DNA of 64,000 nucleotides, taken from NCBI GenBank assembly GCA_026936335.1, contig JAPMXV010000037.1:1-64000 (forward strand). Reading direction: 5' to 3'. Numbering within the stretch: the first letter of the stretch is position 1; every line of letters starts with the position of its first letter. The translations under genes were made by a program, and so were the position numbers. Positions 49,400 through 61,873 of this stretch are shown here, one piece after another. This stretch comes from Mantamonas sphyraenae STR306. Lineage: Eukaryota > Protista > CRuMs. Under the pieces are notes generated by a model, which did no database searches, had not been told where the DNA came from, and saw only the letters and a program-made list of their open reading frames with translations.

Positions 49400-51061
49400 G
49401 CTCCGTTTCACTTGGCCCTTCTGCCGCTTTTCGGATCCCCCCTTCTTCTTTCCCTTTTTGCTTTTCTCGGACGTCTTCTCCTTTGTGGTTTTTGTCTTCT
49501 TCTTGGGTTTCTTTTTCCGGTTGCCCTCGTCATCATTGCGGTGAGCCTTGCTTTTCTTCGTTTTCGACTTGCCGCCGGCACTGCTCGAGGAGGATTCGCT
49601 GGAAGGATCACCAGTGTGGCTGTTCGTTTTTCCGCCATTTTGATCGATGTCTAACCTCTGACGTTTGCCGTGCTGCGATTGGAGGTCGTTGGCGCTGTCG
49701 TCCTCGAGCTCGTCATCGCCCTCGTCGAGGGTGTCACTCTTGCGCTTGGCTTTGCTGCGAGGCTCGACACGTCCCCCGCGTGAGGCGCTACTTCCCTTGC
49801 GCATGGCGTCGAGCAGGAGTGTTACCTTGTGCCTGTCCAAGCGTCCCGACTCCACACTGGCGCTTGTTTGAAGGAAAAACACGCTGGTATCGCAGGAAGA
49901 CACACGGTACTTTTGGCCACGTCGCATGTGCTGCTTCCCTTCACAAAATCCATGCTCGCCTTGCTTGAGAAAGAGCTCCTGCCGGCGGAACTTGCTGTTG
50001 TGAAGCTCTTGCCACCCTCGTGTGTGTTCCCAGCACGGAATGATGACCACGAATGCGAGTTCAGCCCTGTTGTCCTCGGCCTTTGCCAGAAGGTTGCTCA
50101 TGTGCTCCATGGTTGCGTCCATCACCTCATCCACGAACGGCGGGTTGCACTCGTGGACCCCCGTTGAGGGTTCAAAGTCAAAGAATGATCCTTGCGAGCC
50201 AAACATCCAGTCTGTGTCTGCAAACGCACTGCAGTATCGATCGTTGTAGGCATTCAGTGGCGAGGCAAAGCATTCGCTGGCACATTCAAACACGTCGGAC
50301 AACACACGGAAACTCTCGTCCGTCAGCGCTGCATGGAATCCACCTCCCTCCAGGCACTTGTATCGCAGCAAGAGACAGAACAGATGGTCCTCAAAGCTGG
50401 CGTACTCCATGCTGGCTGGCATGCGTGCAGAGCCGGAGCTGGAGCTGGAGCTGTTGCCGGTGGACGACGATGACGATGACGATGACGATGACGACGGCAA
50501 AGCGAATGCGCGCAGATTTCGCTCTGTGTGCTGTTTGAAGCGTCGTTGCAGTCGTTCGTAGTGCTCGTAGTTGAGCTTGACAACCACGTTGCGGAAGCGG
50601 ACGTCCAGATTGCCCTGCTGGTTTTCGTCGACTTGGACTTGACCCATGGCCATCTTTCCTTTCTTGAGCGCTTTGTAGCCAGTTTTCCACACTTTCTTCA
50701 GAGTTCGAGCACCGTCCAGGGCCTTTGCCGTCAGCTGTTCCACGGTGCGTAGCGCATTCGAGTCGTCCAGTCCGGCCTTGCGAAGGAGCTGCGTTAAGCC
50801 CGGGTCGGCAACGGTGTGCTCGTCCACAGGCAGAATGACGTCTCCCACAGACGCCTCCTCGCGCGTTTTCCCCTCTGCCAGGTTCTTCTTGCGACGCTGG
50901 TGGCCGTCCAGAAGCGTGGCTAGATGCCAACGCTCAAACGCCAGTGTGGGTGCACCTTGGAGGCCTTGAGCCCTGCACATGCTGTCAAATGCCTTGCGCA
51001 GAGTTTGGATGTGCCATTGCCGTGACACCTCCATGTTTGGCCATGTGCAGTCCTGCAACAT
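49394..51061 (-). CDS. PCIF1: Cap-specific adenosine N6-methyltransferase (PCIF1/CAPAM-like)
   Basis: AFERW, LFCLLLRY, ECFASPLN, YCSAFADTD.FGSQGSFFDF, catalytic NPPF and HGFCEGKQH; Lys-rich tail; no WW domain seen. Confidence 0.92.
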   Translation of the reverse strand: MLQDCTWPNMEVSRQWHIQTLRKAFDSMCRAQGLQGAPTLAFERWHLATLLDGHQRRKKNLAEGKTREEASVGDVILPVDEHTVADPGLTQLLRKAGLDDSNALRTVEQLTAKALDGARTLKKVWKTGYKALKKGKMAMGQVQVDENQQGNLDVRFRNVVVKLNYEHYERLQRRFKQHTERNLRAFALPSSSSSSSSSSSTGNSSSSSSGSARMPASMEYASFEDHLFCLLLRYKCLEGGGFHAALTDESFRVLSDVFECASECFASPLNAYNDRYCSAFADTDWMFGSQGSFFDFEPSTGVHECNPPFVDEVMDATMEHMSNLLAKAEDNRAELAFVVIIPCWEHTRGWQELHNSKFRRQELFLKQGEHGFCEGKQHMRRGQKYRVSSCDTSVFFLQTSASVESGRLDRHKVTLLLDAMRKGSSASRGGRVEPRSKAKRKSDTLDEGDDELEDDSANDLQSQHGKRQRLDIDQNGGKTNSHTGDPSSESSSSSAGGKSKTKKSKAHRNDDEGNRKKKPKKKTKTTKEKTSEKSKKGKKKGGSEKRQKGQVKRSM

Positions 51062-51245
51062 CCTCGACGTCCCTGTTCACCCTGGCCGCGTGGGCGCTGC
51101 GCAAGCTCCAGCTCCTACGCTGGATCCGACAATCCTGGCCACGGTACACAAGTTTGCAGCAGTGCGCACACACGGTCAGGGGACAATGAACGGCCTGTGA
51201 TGCGTGCACAACAAGCCTCGCGCTACCCGAGCCAAGAGTTGGAAA

Positions 51246-52315
51246 ATGGACAAGGAACAGGCCACATCCTCGTCTTCGTCTTCTTCCTCTTCTTCTTCCT
51301 CCTCCTCCTCCTCTTCTTCCTCCGCTTCTTCGAGCTCGACCTCGGCGTCGCGCAAGGGGAAGAAGAAGGATTCGCTTGCGCTCCAGCTGGAGCGCCAGGG
51401 AGTCCACGTCTCGCAAAACGAAGAGGGCAAGACGGTTGTGCACACATCCATGCCTGCCGCCATGCCCCCTGTGCTGCAGTATGTGCCCTCGCGCCCCGCT
51501 GCCCACTGTGTTCAACACACACTCGCCGGCCCGCGTTCCACGCATGCTCCGCCCCGGCCCCGTACTGACCCGCATGCGCCTGCACAGGAACGTCGTGTCC
51601 ACAGTCAACCTCGGCACACGCTTGGAACTCAAGATTATTGCCTTGCATGCAAGGAACACAGAGTACAGTCCCAAGGTGGGTGGCTTAAAAGCGGACGGAA
51701 ACGCGCGCCCTCTCCCAAAAAAAAAAGGCGCAGCCGGTCCTGACACAAAGTTTTCCCGCCGCCATGTCTGCAACAGCGTTTCTCGGCCGTCATCATGCGC
51801 ATCCGTGACCCCAAAACCACGGCTCTCATCTTTGCTTCAGGCAAGATGGTCATCACAGGCGCGCGAAGCGAGGAGGCAAGCAAACTTGCCGCACGTCGCT
51901 ATGCTCGAGCAATCCAGAAGCTCGGCTTTGACGTCAGGTTTCACGACTTTAAAGTGCAAAACATCGTCGCTTCGTGCGATGTGGGCTTCCCCATCAAGCT
52001 CGAGTCTCTCAAAATCGACCACTCTGTCTTCTCCCAGTACGAGCCCGAATTGTTTGTAAGTGATCAACCGCACTCCCTCCAGGCACACATCATGCTCACT
52101 CCCACAACCATCCATCCTCTTTCTCCCCGCCCTTGCAGCCGGGTCTCGTCTACCGCATGATGACTCCCAAGCTGGTGTTGCTCATCTTTGTCAGCGGCAA
52201 AATCGTCATCACCGGCGCAAAGAGCCGCCGTGACATCATGAGCGCCTACGACAACATTTATCCTATTCTCAAGGGTTATCAGAAGATGCAGAACCTGCAG
52301 CAAGGCACCGCCTGA
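51246..52315 (+). CDS. TBP: TATA-binding protein
   Basis: [48 protein letters not shown] and [14 protein letters not shown]. Three introns. Confidence 0.97.
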
Positions 52316-52687
52316 GCCAACAAATCCCATTATTCCGTTCGCCCGTTTTGCGCTTGGCGCAACCAGTCCCCACTCTCCTTGCCTTGGGTTCCAGTCTCCC
52401 CAACCGACCACACCCTCCTCATCGCCATTTCCCAGCTGAGCACGTGCCTGTCCTTCTCTGTCAAGAAGATTTGACCACGGTGCACGGCAAATCAAAACTT
52501 GCGAGCATCCAACAACCACCCAACCATGATCATCATCGTCATCATCATCATCATCAACACGTGACGTTCATCCAATAATTCGTCCATTTCGTTCCCTTCC
52601 ATGCTGTACATCAATCATCCCCGTTGTCTCCCCCTTGTCCTTCGCCGTTGCCATCCTGCTCGTCCCCTCACGCATCCGCCTCGCTCT

Positions 52688-53941
<1,254 letters not shown>

Positions 53942-54066
53942 TCACCTTCCTGCCGCCCTTCCTTCACACAGCAACGCAACACATCACCTTCCCCAAAAAA
54001 ACCATCCTCAGGCCGAGCATGCACGCAATGTCCAACCGTCTCGGCTACGCAAGCTGCGCTTTCAAT

Positions 54067-55259
54067 CTAGCCGTCAACCAGAGCTGTTCGCAGCCGCGCC
54101 TGGTGCACTTCATCAAACCCAATGCTCTCCAGATACAATGATACAGAGCCGTACTTTTGATCCACATAGTCTAGCGTTCGCTTCATCGTCTCCCTATTGG
54201 CGGAGGAAAACTCGTCAAAGTCAAGCCCCACTTCGCTGTACTTGCCCTTCAGCTCTTGGATCTCCTGTGCACTCCAGTCGTCAAACATCGAGTTGCTGAT
54301 CTCAAAGTCCATGCAGATGTCGTACCGCGACACCCCTAGGCAGCTCAGAATCAACGCAACCACCAATCCCACGCGGTCTTTGCCCAGCGAGCTGTACATC
54401 AGGATTGGGTGCACCTCGGCCTCACTGGCCAGCGTAAACAACTGCAACATTTCATCCTTGCTGTACTCCAGGTACAGAATAAACAGACCCGCCAACCCGA
54501 TGCCGTTGAGCTGACTCAGAAGCAGTTGCTCAGCCCGCTGCGGTTGGCACGCAAGCACCCACAGCAGACACTGCACCCGCATGCTTGTCGACGCTGCTGC
54601 AAACACTCCCTCCTCCACCAGCTTCTGCGACACAAGCGGTACTCGGTACGCGCTCGTCTCAAGAAACTCCAGCTCCTCAAGATCCTCCTCGCCCACGTCC
54701 TTCACCTTGTAGTGCTTCATCAACTCGGTTTCGTCCGGCTTCTGCAGCGGAGAGTCGCTTTCTGCCTCCTCGTCGCTGCGCAGGTCCACCTGTGCACCCG
54801 TCTGTCCTTGTCAGCCCAAAGTCCGATCTTGGCGCGAAAACCATCCCCCCTCCCCGTTTGTGCGCCTGTGATCAGGCCACGACACCCTCCACACGTTCAC
54901 TCACAAGAGTTCGGATCTTCAGCAACTCCGTCAGCAAAGACACGTCCGATTCAGTCGCCTTGTTCACATGTCCCGAGCGGAACACGTGGTTGCGGCGTAC
55001 ATGCCCCACAACCTCCCTGCACGGAGAAACAACGAACCCGGCGTCTCGGCGTGGGTCAGCAATCTTCTCCATTTGCCACATCACACACACACCTTGGGCA
55101 TACACACACGTCCACGCACCCAGTTTCGTCCGTCACCTCAAAGCCGCCAATGTCACGAAAGTTGGCCACGCCCACCAGCTCGACTGATGAACCACCCGCC
55201 ATGCCACGCCTCCGACGCGGGGTCTTGGGTGTAGCAAACACGTTGCCACTGCTGCTCAT
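54067..55259 (-). CDS. Tyrosine phosphatase family (Y_phosphatase3/IphP-like) protein, predicted catalytically inactive
   Basis: NFRDIGG, VFRSG, LVDLRS, P-loop variant [10 protein letters not shown] and [10 protein letters not shown]. Three exons. Confidence 0.88.
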
Positions 55260-55408
55260 CCAACGTGATCTTGGTTGCGCCAGCGCGTCCACCAAAAAAA
55301 CCGAAACAGCAAGAGTACGTCGCCAAGGCGCTGGAACGCCGGCGTGCACACGTCCCATGGCTCACCCCGTCCCATCACCCACGTTGCCCCTCACCCGTCA
55401 CCACAGAC

Positions 55409-55986
55409 ATGTCCACTCTCGGAGGTGACGTTGAAAAGGGCGCCAAGATCTTCAAGGCTCGCTGCACGCAGTGCCACACCATTGAGGAGGGCGGTGCCAA
55501 CAAGACCGGCCCTAACCTTCATGGTACGTCGACTCGCCGCTCGTCCATCCCTCCACTTACCGCATGCGTGTCTTGACGACCCGTCTTTTGCGCGGACGCG
55601 CGGAAACGTCTGCATTTCCAAAGCACAAACACACTCGCTCACACAGTCTCCACGGATATCCCCAGGTCTGATCGGCCGTACCTCGGGCAGCGTTGAGGGC
55701 TACAACTACACCAGCGCCAACAAGGATGCCGGTACGTTCCCTGGCCATCGCCAACACGGTGCAATAGCCTCTTTCCGAAATATTTCCCTCCCGACCCTCC
55801 GACTCACCTCCTCCACCCGGACCCTTGCGCCCTTCCACAGGCATCGTGTGGAGCGACGAGACTCTGGACCCGTACCTCAAGAACCCCAAGAAGTACATCA
55901 AGGGCACCAAGATGGCCTTTGCCGGTCTCAAGAAGAGCGGCGACCGTGCCGACCTCATCGCCTACCTCTATGAGGCCAGCGCATGA
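55409..55986 (+). CDS. CYC: Mitochondrial cytochrome c
   Basis: [25 protein letters not shown] and [21 protein letters not shown]. Two coding introns plus a probable 5'-UTR intron 55315-55406. Confidence 0.98.
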
Positions 55987-56383
55987 GCACAGACCGAGCG
56001 ACAGACCGCGTGACCCCCTTCCTGCAATATGATCCCAACAATGCACCTGTCACGTGGTCGTCCATCATCTCCCTTCCTGTTCCCCGTCAGCATTGGTCTT
56101 GCTCGAAAACACCGCCGAAACTTCCTGAGCCTTCCGCCGAACGCACGCCAACCCGCTCCCGCTCATCCCCATCCATGCAAGGTGTGTTGTGGTTGAAAGC
56201 GTTGGTTGGTTTTAATGACCCCAGGGTTGTGTGTGTGTCTCTCTCTCTTCCTCTCCCTAGCTCGATGGTTCCAGCACAAACGGAGCGCACCCGCCCCGTT
56301 TGCTCGTCACTTCATCAAAACATCTCTTCCCTGAACTCCCAATCAGTGCGGCTTCGCCAGCAGACCTCGACTGATTACTCGTC

Positions 56384-58378
56384 TTAGTCCACCTCCTCCA
56401 CCTGCGGGCCGTCGCTGCTGTTGCTGCTGCCGCCAGCTGCTCCGGCGTCGAAACCGCCAAAGCCGCCTGCGCCTCCAGCTCCACCAGCGCCAGGGAATCC
56501 ACCGGCTCCGCCCTGCTGACCAGCGTACAGCTTGCTCATGATGGGCATTGCCTTCTCCTCCAGCTCCTTCTGCTGGTACTCGTACTCCTCCTTCGTCGCC
56601 GTCTGGTTGTTCTCCAGCCACTCGATCGTCTCCTTGATCACACCGTCCAGCGTGTTCACGTCGGCCTCCTCCAGCTTCTCCTTCACCTGCGGCTCCTGCA
56701 GCGAGTTGCGCAGGCCGTACGCGTAGCTCTCCAGCCCGTTGCGTGCTGCCACCGTGTTGCGCACCTCCTCGTCCTCTGCCTTGCGCTCCTCGGCCTCCTT
56801 CACCATGCGCTCGATGTCCTCGTCGCTCAGGCGGTCGCGGTTGTTCTCGATCTTGATGTTCTGGCTCTTGCCCGTGCTCTTCTCCGAAGCCGTCACGTGC
56901 ATGATACCGTTTGCATCCACCTCGAACGTCACCTCAATCTGAGGCTGTCCGCGCGGCATCGGCGGGATGCCCGTCAGGTCAAACTTGCCCAGCAGGTTGT
57001 TGTCTGCCGTGCGTGCGCGCTCACCCTCGTAGATCTGGATGCTCACCGCAGGCTGGTTGTCCTGTGCTGTGCTGAACGTCTGCGACTTCTTGCACGGCAC
57101 CTGCGTGTTGCGGTCAATGATGTTTGCCATCATGCCACCCATCGTCTCGATACCAAGCGACAGCGGAGTCACGTCCACCAGCAGCACCTGCGACAGGTCC
57201 TCGCCGCCCTGGTCCGTCAGCACGGCTGCCTGCACAGCTGCGCCGTACGCCACAGCCTCGTCCGGGTTGATGCCCTTGTGCAGCTCCTTGCCGTTGAAAA
57301 ACTCGCTCAGCAGGGACTGGATCTTCGGGATACGCGTAGATCCACCCACAAGCACAACCTCGTCCACGCTGCGCTTGTCCAGCTTGGCGTCCTTCAGCAC
57401 ACGAGCAACCGGGTCCAGGCACGAGCGGAACAGGTCCGAGCACAGCTCCTCGAAGCGTGCGCGCGACAGGCTCGTGTAAAAGTCGATGCCGTCGTACAGG
57501 GCGTCCACCTCGATCTGTGTCGTCGTGGCAGACGACAGAGCGCGCTTGGCGCTCTCAGCTGCCGTGCGCAGACGGCGCAGCGAGCGTGCGCTCTCCGTCA
57601 GGTCCGCTCCGCGGTTCTTGCGCTTAAACTCCTTCACCAGGTGGTCCACCACGCGGTTGTCAAAGTCCTCACCACCCAGATGCGTGTCGCCTGCCGTGGC
57701 CTTCACCTCAAAGAAGCCCTCGTCCACGCTCAGCAGAGACACATCAAACGTACCTCCTCCCAGATCAAAGATGAGGATGTTCTTCTCTCCCTCGTTGTTG
57801 TCCATCTTGTCCAGACCGTATGCCAGCGCAGCTGCCGTCGGCTCGTTGATGATGCGCAGCACGTTCAGCCCAGCGATGCGTGCCGCATCCTTTGTAGCCA
57901 GACGCTGGGCGTCGTTGAAGTACGCCGGCACAGTGATCACTGCGTCCTTCACGTCTCCGCCCAGGTACTCCTCTGCGTCGCTCTTGAGCTTGCCCAGCAC
58001 CATCGACGAAATCTCCTCCGCCTGGTACTCCTTCTTCTGTCCGTGCGACTCCACCTCGATCAGAGGCTTGCCGTCGCTGTTTGCCTTGACCTTGAACGGC
58101 CAGTGCTGCAGATCGCCCTGCACCGTCTCGTCCTGGAACTTGCGTCCAATCAGACGCTTGGCGTCGAAAACGGTGTTGTGCGGGTTGCGTGCAATTTGGT
58201 TCTTTGCTGCCATGCCCACAAGCGTCTCACCGTCCGTGAACGCCACGTACGAAGGTGTCGTACGCTGACCCAGGTTGTTCGGCACAATCTCCACCTTTCC
58301 GTTGCGCCACACACCCACGCACGAGTTGGTCGTGCCCAGATCAATGCCAATTGCAAGTCCGCTTCCAGTGCTGCTCAT
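56384..58378 (-). CDS. HSP70: Cytosolic Hsp70
   Basis: [36 protein letters not shown] and C-terminal GPQVEEVD. Confidence 0.99.
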   Translation of the reverse strand: MSSTGSGLAIGIDLGTTNSCVGVWRNGKVEIVPNNLGQRTTPSYVAFTDGETLVGMAAKNQIARNPHNTVFDAKRLIGRKFQDETVQGDLQHWPFKVKANSDGKPLIEVESHGQKKEYQAEEISSMVLGKLKSDAEEYLGGDVKDAVITVPAYFNDAQRLATKDAARIAGLNVLRIINEPTAAALAYGLDKMDNNEGEKNILIFDLGGGTFDVSLLSVDEGFFEVKATAGDTHLGGEDFDNRVVDHLVKEFKRKNRGADLTESARSLRRLRTAAESAKRALSSATTTQIEVDALYDGIDFYTSLSRARFEELCSDLFRSCLDPVARVLKDAKLDKRSVDEVVLVGGSTRIPKIQSLLSEFFNGKELHKGINPDEAVAYGAAVQAAVLTDQGGEDLSQVLLVDVTPLSLGIETMGGMMANIIDRNTQVPCKKSQTFSTAQDNQPAVSIQIYEGERARTADNNLLGKFDLTGIPPMPRGQPQIEVTFEVDANGIMHVTASEKSTGKSQNIKIENNRDRLSDEDIERMVKEAEERKAEDEEVRNTVAARNGLESYAYGLRNSLQEPQVKEKLEEADVNTLDGVIKETIEWLENNQTATKEEYEYQQKELEEKAMPIMSKLYAGQQGGAGGFPGAGGAGGAGGFGGFDAGAAGGSSNSSDGPQVEEVD

Positions 58379-58580
58379 TTTCTTGTGTGTTCCTGACTGC
58401 TTTTTCTCTGTGTATAGCGATGATGTGTTGGTATGATGTCTCTGTAACTCTCTCTCTCTCTCTCTGTAGTCCTGTCTCGCTTGGACTTGGTTTCCTCTCA
58501 CTCACAGAAGTTGGGTTGGTCGTCTTGGTGCATCCGCGGTCCGCGCTTTTTGTACCCTGCGCTTCCACCCAAACTTTCCG

Positions 58581-58600
58581 CGAAGCGAACATTCGCGACG
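58581..58600. promoter_or_regulatory. Candidate heat-shock element upstream of Hsp70
   Basis: cGAAg-cGAAcaTTCgcGACg, about 210 nt upstream of the Hsp70 ATG; matches nGAAnnTTCnnGAAn with one mismatch. Confidence 0.5.
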
Positions 58601-58995
58601 CCGGATTCCGCCCGTCCACACACATGTAGCCCCTTGTGTCGATGCACATGCACCTCACACCACTCTCTGTGCCCTGTCCACCCCTGTGTACTTCTCCCAC
58701 TCCTATGCGTGCCCCATGTCGTCTCCAATCTGCCAAAATCCAACATCCGGAAACTGCCTTCAGCGAAAAAAAAGTTCCGTTCTGCATTCGTCAAATTCGC
58801 CACGCCCCCATCTGGCCTCCATCCACATCATCGCCCTCCCCACATCCCCTACCACCCTTCCACCACCCTTCCACCACGCTCATCCCGCCCGTGTCAAACG
58901 GCAGGACACGTGCAATCGCATCGCCCCCATCCACCCCCCATCCACACTCTCTACCACATCCTCATATCCCCCCACACTCCTCTTCCTTCCCCTTG

Positions 58996-59855
58996 CTACT
59001 CCTCCACCTTCACTTCCATGTCCTCCACCTCGGGCTTCGGCGCCGCCGCAATGTCCCGCGCCCGGCTCACCTCGGCCCCAGCCTTGCTCGCCTTCTCCTG
59101 CACCATCGCCTCCCGTGCCTCCTGTGCGTTTGCCATCCTCGTCTCCAGAGACACCCTTCGGTTCTCCGCCTCCTCGTCCTGTGCATTCTTTGCCGCCTCC
59201 GCCTTCGCCTTGGCCGTCTCCACCTCCTGGCTTGCTTTGCTCTGCTTTGCCGCCAGCTGGGCGTTCCTGTTCTCCTCAGCCATCGCCAGACGCTCATCCA
59301 GTGCCTCTCGGTTCTCCTTGGCCCACTCCTCCACTCCTTCCTTCTGCTGCTTCGCCTTTGCAATCGAACGCTCCACCTCTGCCCCTGCCTTGGCTGCCCG
59401 CTCGTTCTGCAGAGACTGTCCTCACAACCGTCCATCCCGCATCCCATGTGTCCCATACGTGTGTCCCCATGGTCCATCACCGCCCACACCGTCCCAATCC
59501 GTGTCAGTTTCTCATCCCGTCCCGTCCCTTTCTCCTGTCCCGCCCTTTCCTGACATGGCCACACGTCAACCAAAAATGGCGCCAAACAACTCTCTGACAA
59601 CTCTCTGTCTCCCGCCACCAACTTGCCCACCCCTCCCCTCTTCTGTCTCCCCATCCCTTCCCCACCTACCTCCCTGCGTGCTGCTGCTGCTGCCAGCTTT
59701 GCCTCGATTTCCTCCTCGCTTGACGGCGGGCTTCGCTGTTGCGACTCCAGCCGCTCCTTCACGGGGCTCACAAACTCGCTTGCGTCCCCTTCCTTGAACA
59801 GCTCGTCAAACACGATGCAGCTGCCCTTCTCCGTCTCTGTTACTTCCACCTTCAT
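58996..59855 (-). CDS. Stathmin-like protein with three helical repeats
   Basis: Exon 1 at 59855-59670 (MKVEVTETEKGSCIVFDELF..SPVK..SPPSSEEEIEAKLAAAAARRE), intron 59669-59416, exon 2 (..LDERLAMAEENRNAQLAAK..LETRMANAQEAREAMVQEK). Confidence 0.75.
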
Positions 59856-60277
59856 GTTGTTGTTCTCTGTGCTCACTGTCCCCACCCACGTCTCCCGTGT
59901 CAGCCTCCTCTCCTTGTACACGCCCCCACGGATTTTGCGTTGCGGTGGCCATTTTTCCGCCTCAGCCGTTTCTTGTCCATTTTTTCTCCGCCCCTCCTCC
60001 ACTCTTCTCCCACTGCACACGTCGACATGCACCATCAACACACCACAGCACACATGGTCATCCCTCGCGTGCGCTACCGTGCTGCTACCCATGCAATCTT
60101 CATCGGCCATCGACCACCAAACTCACCCGACATGGTTGCTCTTTCTTCTTGTCTTGGTCTGCTGTGCGCACCACCCATCACGCCCATGCAAGTACCATCA
60201 AGACAAGCGTTTCTCCCTCTCCACCTACTCATCGTGTTCGCATACGTCGTCGTTTTCATTTTCGGGACTGGTGTCAT

Positions 60278-61873
60278 CTACTCCCAGGCGTTCCAGGTGT
60301 CCACCATAGTGGACACGGAGCGCTCGGTGTTCATGGCATCCATGAGAAACTCTTGGTTCTGGTGTTGCTCGTACTGATCCATCATCGACAACGGGGACGT
60401 GGTCGAGGTGGGCGACGACGCAAACGAGGCGTTGGCAGTGTCGGAAGTGTCGAAATAATCGAGGGAAGCCTCGGCTGCCTGGTGGGACAGCGAAAGGAGG
60501 GAGCGCGGGAACTGCGCTCGGCCAGACTTGTTGCTGTACAGGGTGTTGGGCGAGTCCTGGTCCTGCATGTCCATGGGATCCTGGTCATGCAGCATCATGG
60601 CTGCGGCTGCTGCGGCTGCGCTCACAGAATGGATGGTGTTTCCACTGCTGCTGTTGCTGCTGCTGCTGTTGCCGCCCGTGTCCGAGCCCACAGAGGCACT
60701 CGAGTCGAGCATCTCTGTTTCGTCGGACATTTGCGACGACACACTCATCACGGAGCTCATCGACACCGTGGACGAGTCGGACACGTTGCGCTGGTGAGAG
60801 CGTCGTGCCGATCCGCTGCGGTAGGTCGACGGGTGTGTGTTGTGGTGCGCCGCTTCCTTGTTGTCCTGCAGATGGTGATGGAGCTCGTCCATCTGCGAAT
60901 GCTGCGCCATCAGCTGGTCGCGCAGGGCAGAGATTGTCTGTTGCGAACGTTCCAGCTGTGCCACAAGCTCGGCCTTCTTCATAGAGCTGACCTTGAGCTT
61001 GGACGGCGCCGTACCGGACATCGCTGCAAGGGCGGCAGACGACGGCGCGGACGACAGCAAAGACGTGGAAAGGGACTTGTTGGCGGAAGATGCAGCACCA
61101 ATGTTGGAGCCGTGGTTGCTGCGCCCTCCACCGTTGGAGTGCTGCGTGATGGAGCTCACCACGCGCGACACGGCGGCCAGGTCGGTTGCGCCTCCAGCAG
61201 CCTCCAGGAACGCATCATGCTGCGCCTGGTGGTTGTTGCCCGTGTCATTGTAGATTGCGCGGCAGACGTCGATAAACAGGCTCATCTTGTCCTTGAGAGG
61301 CATGGACGAGCCCGAATTCAGACGCAGCCGCTTCGCCGCCTGGGCGAGCGAGTCTACGTCCATGTCTGCCTCGCTGACAGCAGAGCCACGGCTGCTCTCG
61401 TACGGTACGGCTCCAGCCTTGGCCGAAGATGCACCGTGCGAGCTGCTACCGCCGCCGCTGCTGCTGCCCGAGGTCGAATCCTCGGTGTCCGTCGAGCGCG
61501 TGCGCGAGCGCTTGCGCTTCGACTTGACCGGGATTCGCAGCTCGCCGGGGCCAAAGTAGCCTTCCTCCTTTGGCAGTACATACACCAGTTCCGGGTCGGT
61601 CTTGCGACCTTGCCTTTTGAAAAAGTGTTTGCCGACGCAGCTGTCGAAGCGTTCAAAGTACAGGTACGTTTCGCGGTCGTCACACGGCGCGCCAGTACGG
61701 AGAATGGCGTAGTCGCGCATGACCTTGCGCTTGTCGTAGATGCGGAAGCCGGTGCCGTTGCTGTCCTCGAAAAACTCGATTCCGGGGAACTGCTGGTCGC
61801 CGGCCACCTTTTGCAGCCACGGCAGAACGTGAACGCGTTTGGTTTTCTCCCTCTTGCCAGTGGTCTTGCTCAT
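60278..61873 (-). CDS. Putative transcription factor with an IRF/ETS/HSF-like winged-helix domain, NLS and coiled coil
   Basis: N-terminal HVLPWLQKVAGDQQFPGIEFFEDSNGTGFRIYDKRKVMR...LVYVL, basic KSKRKRSR, Ser-rich linkers, heptads LVAQLERSQQTISALRDQL and an acidic C-tail. Confidence 0.65.
   Translation of the reverse strand: MSKTTGKREKTKRVHVLPWLQKVAGDQQFPGIEFFEDSNGTGFRIYDKRKVMRDYAILRTGAPCDDRETYLYFERFDSCVGKHFFKRQGRKTDPELVYVLPKEEGYFGPGELRIPVKSKRKRSRTRSTDTEDSTSGSSSGGGSSSHGASSAKAGAVPYESSRGSAVSEADMDVDSLAQAAKRLRLNSGSSMPLKDKMSLFIDVCRAIYNDTGNNHQAQHDAFLEAAGGATDLAAVSRVVSSITQHSNGGGRSNHGSNIGAASSANKSLSTSLLSSAPSSAALAAMSGTAPSKLKVSSMKKAELVAQLERSQQTISALRDQLMAQHSQMDELHHHLQDNKEAAHHNTHPSTYRSGSARRSHQRNVSDSSTVSMSSVMSVSSQMSDETEMLDSSASVGSDTGGNSSSSNSSSGNTIHSVSAAAAAAAMMLHDQDPMDMQDQDSPNTLYSNKSGRAQFPRSLLSLSHQAAEASLDYFDTSDTANASFASSPTSTTSPLSMMDQYEQHQNQEFLMDAMNTERSVSTMVDTWNAWE

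Noticed and set aside
56384-58501. ORF-track N-terminal extensions of Hsp70, actin, the TF and the methyltransferase
   Set aside because: They begin at non-ATG or non-conserved positions and cross UTR microsatellites or introns; conserved starts lie downstream.
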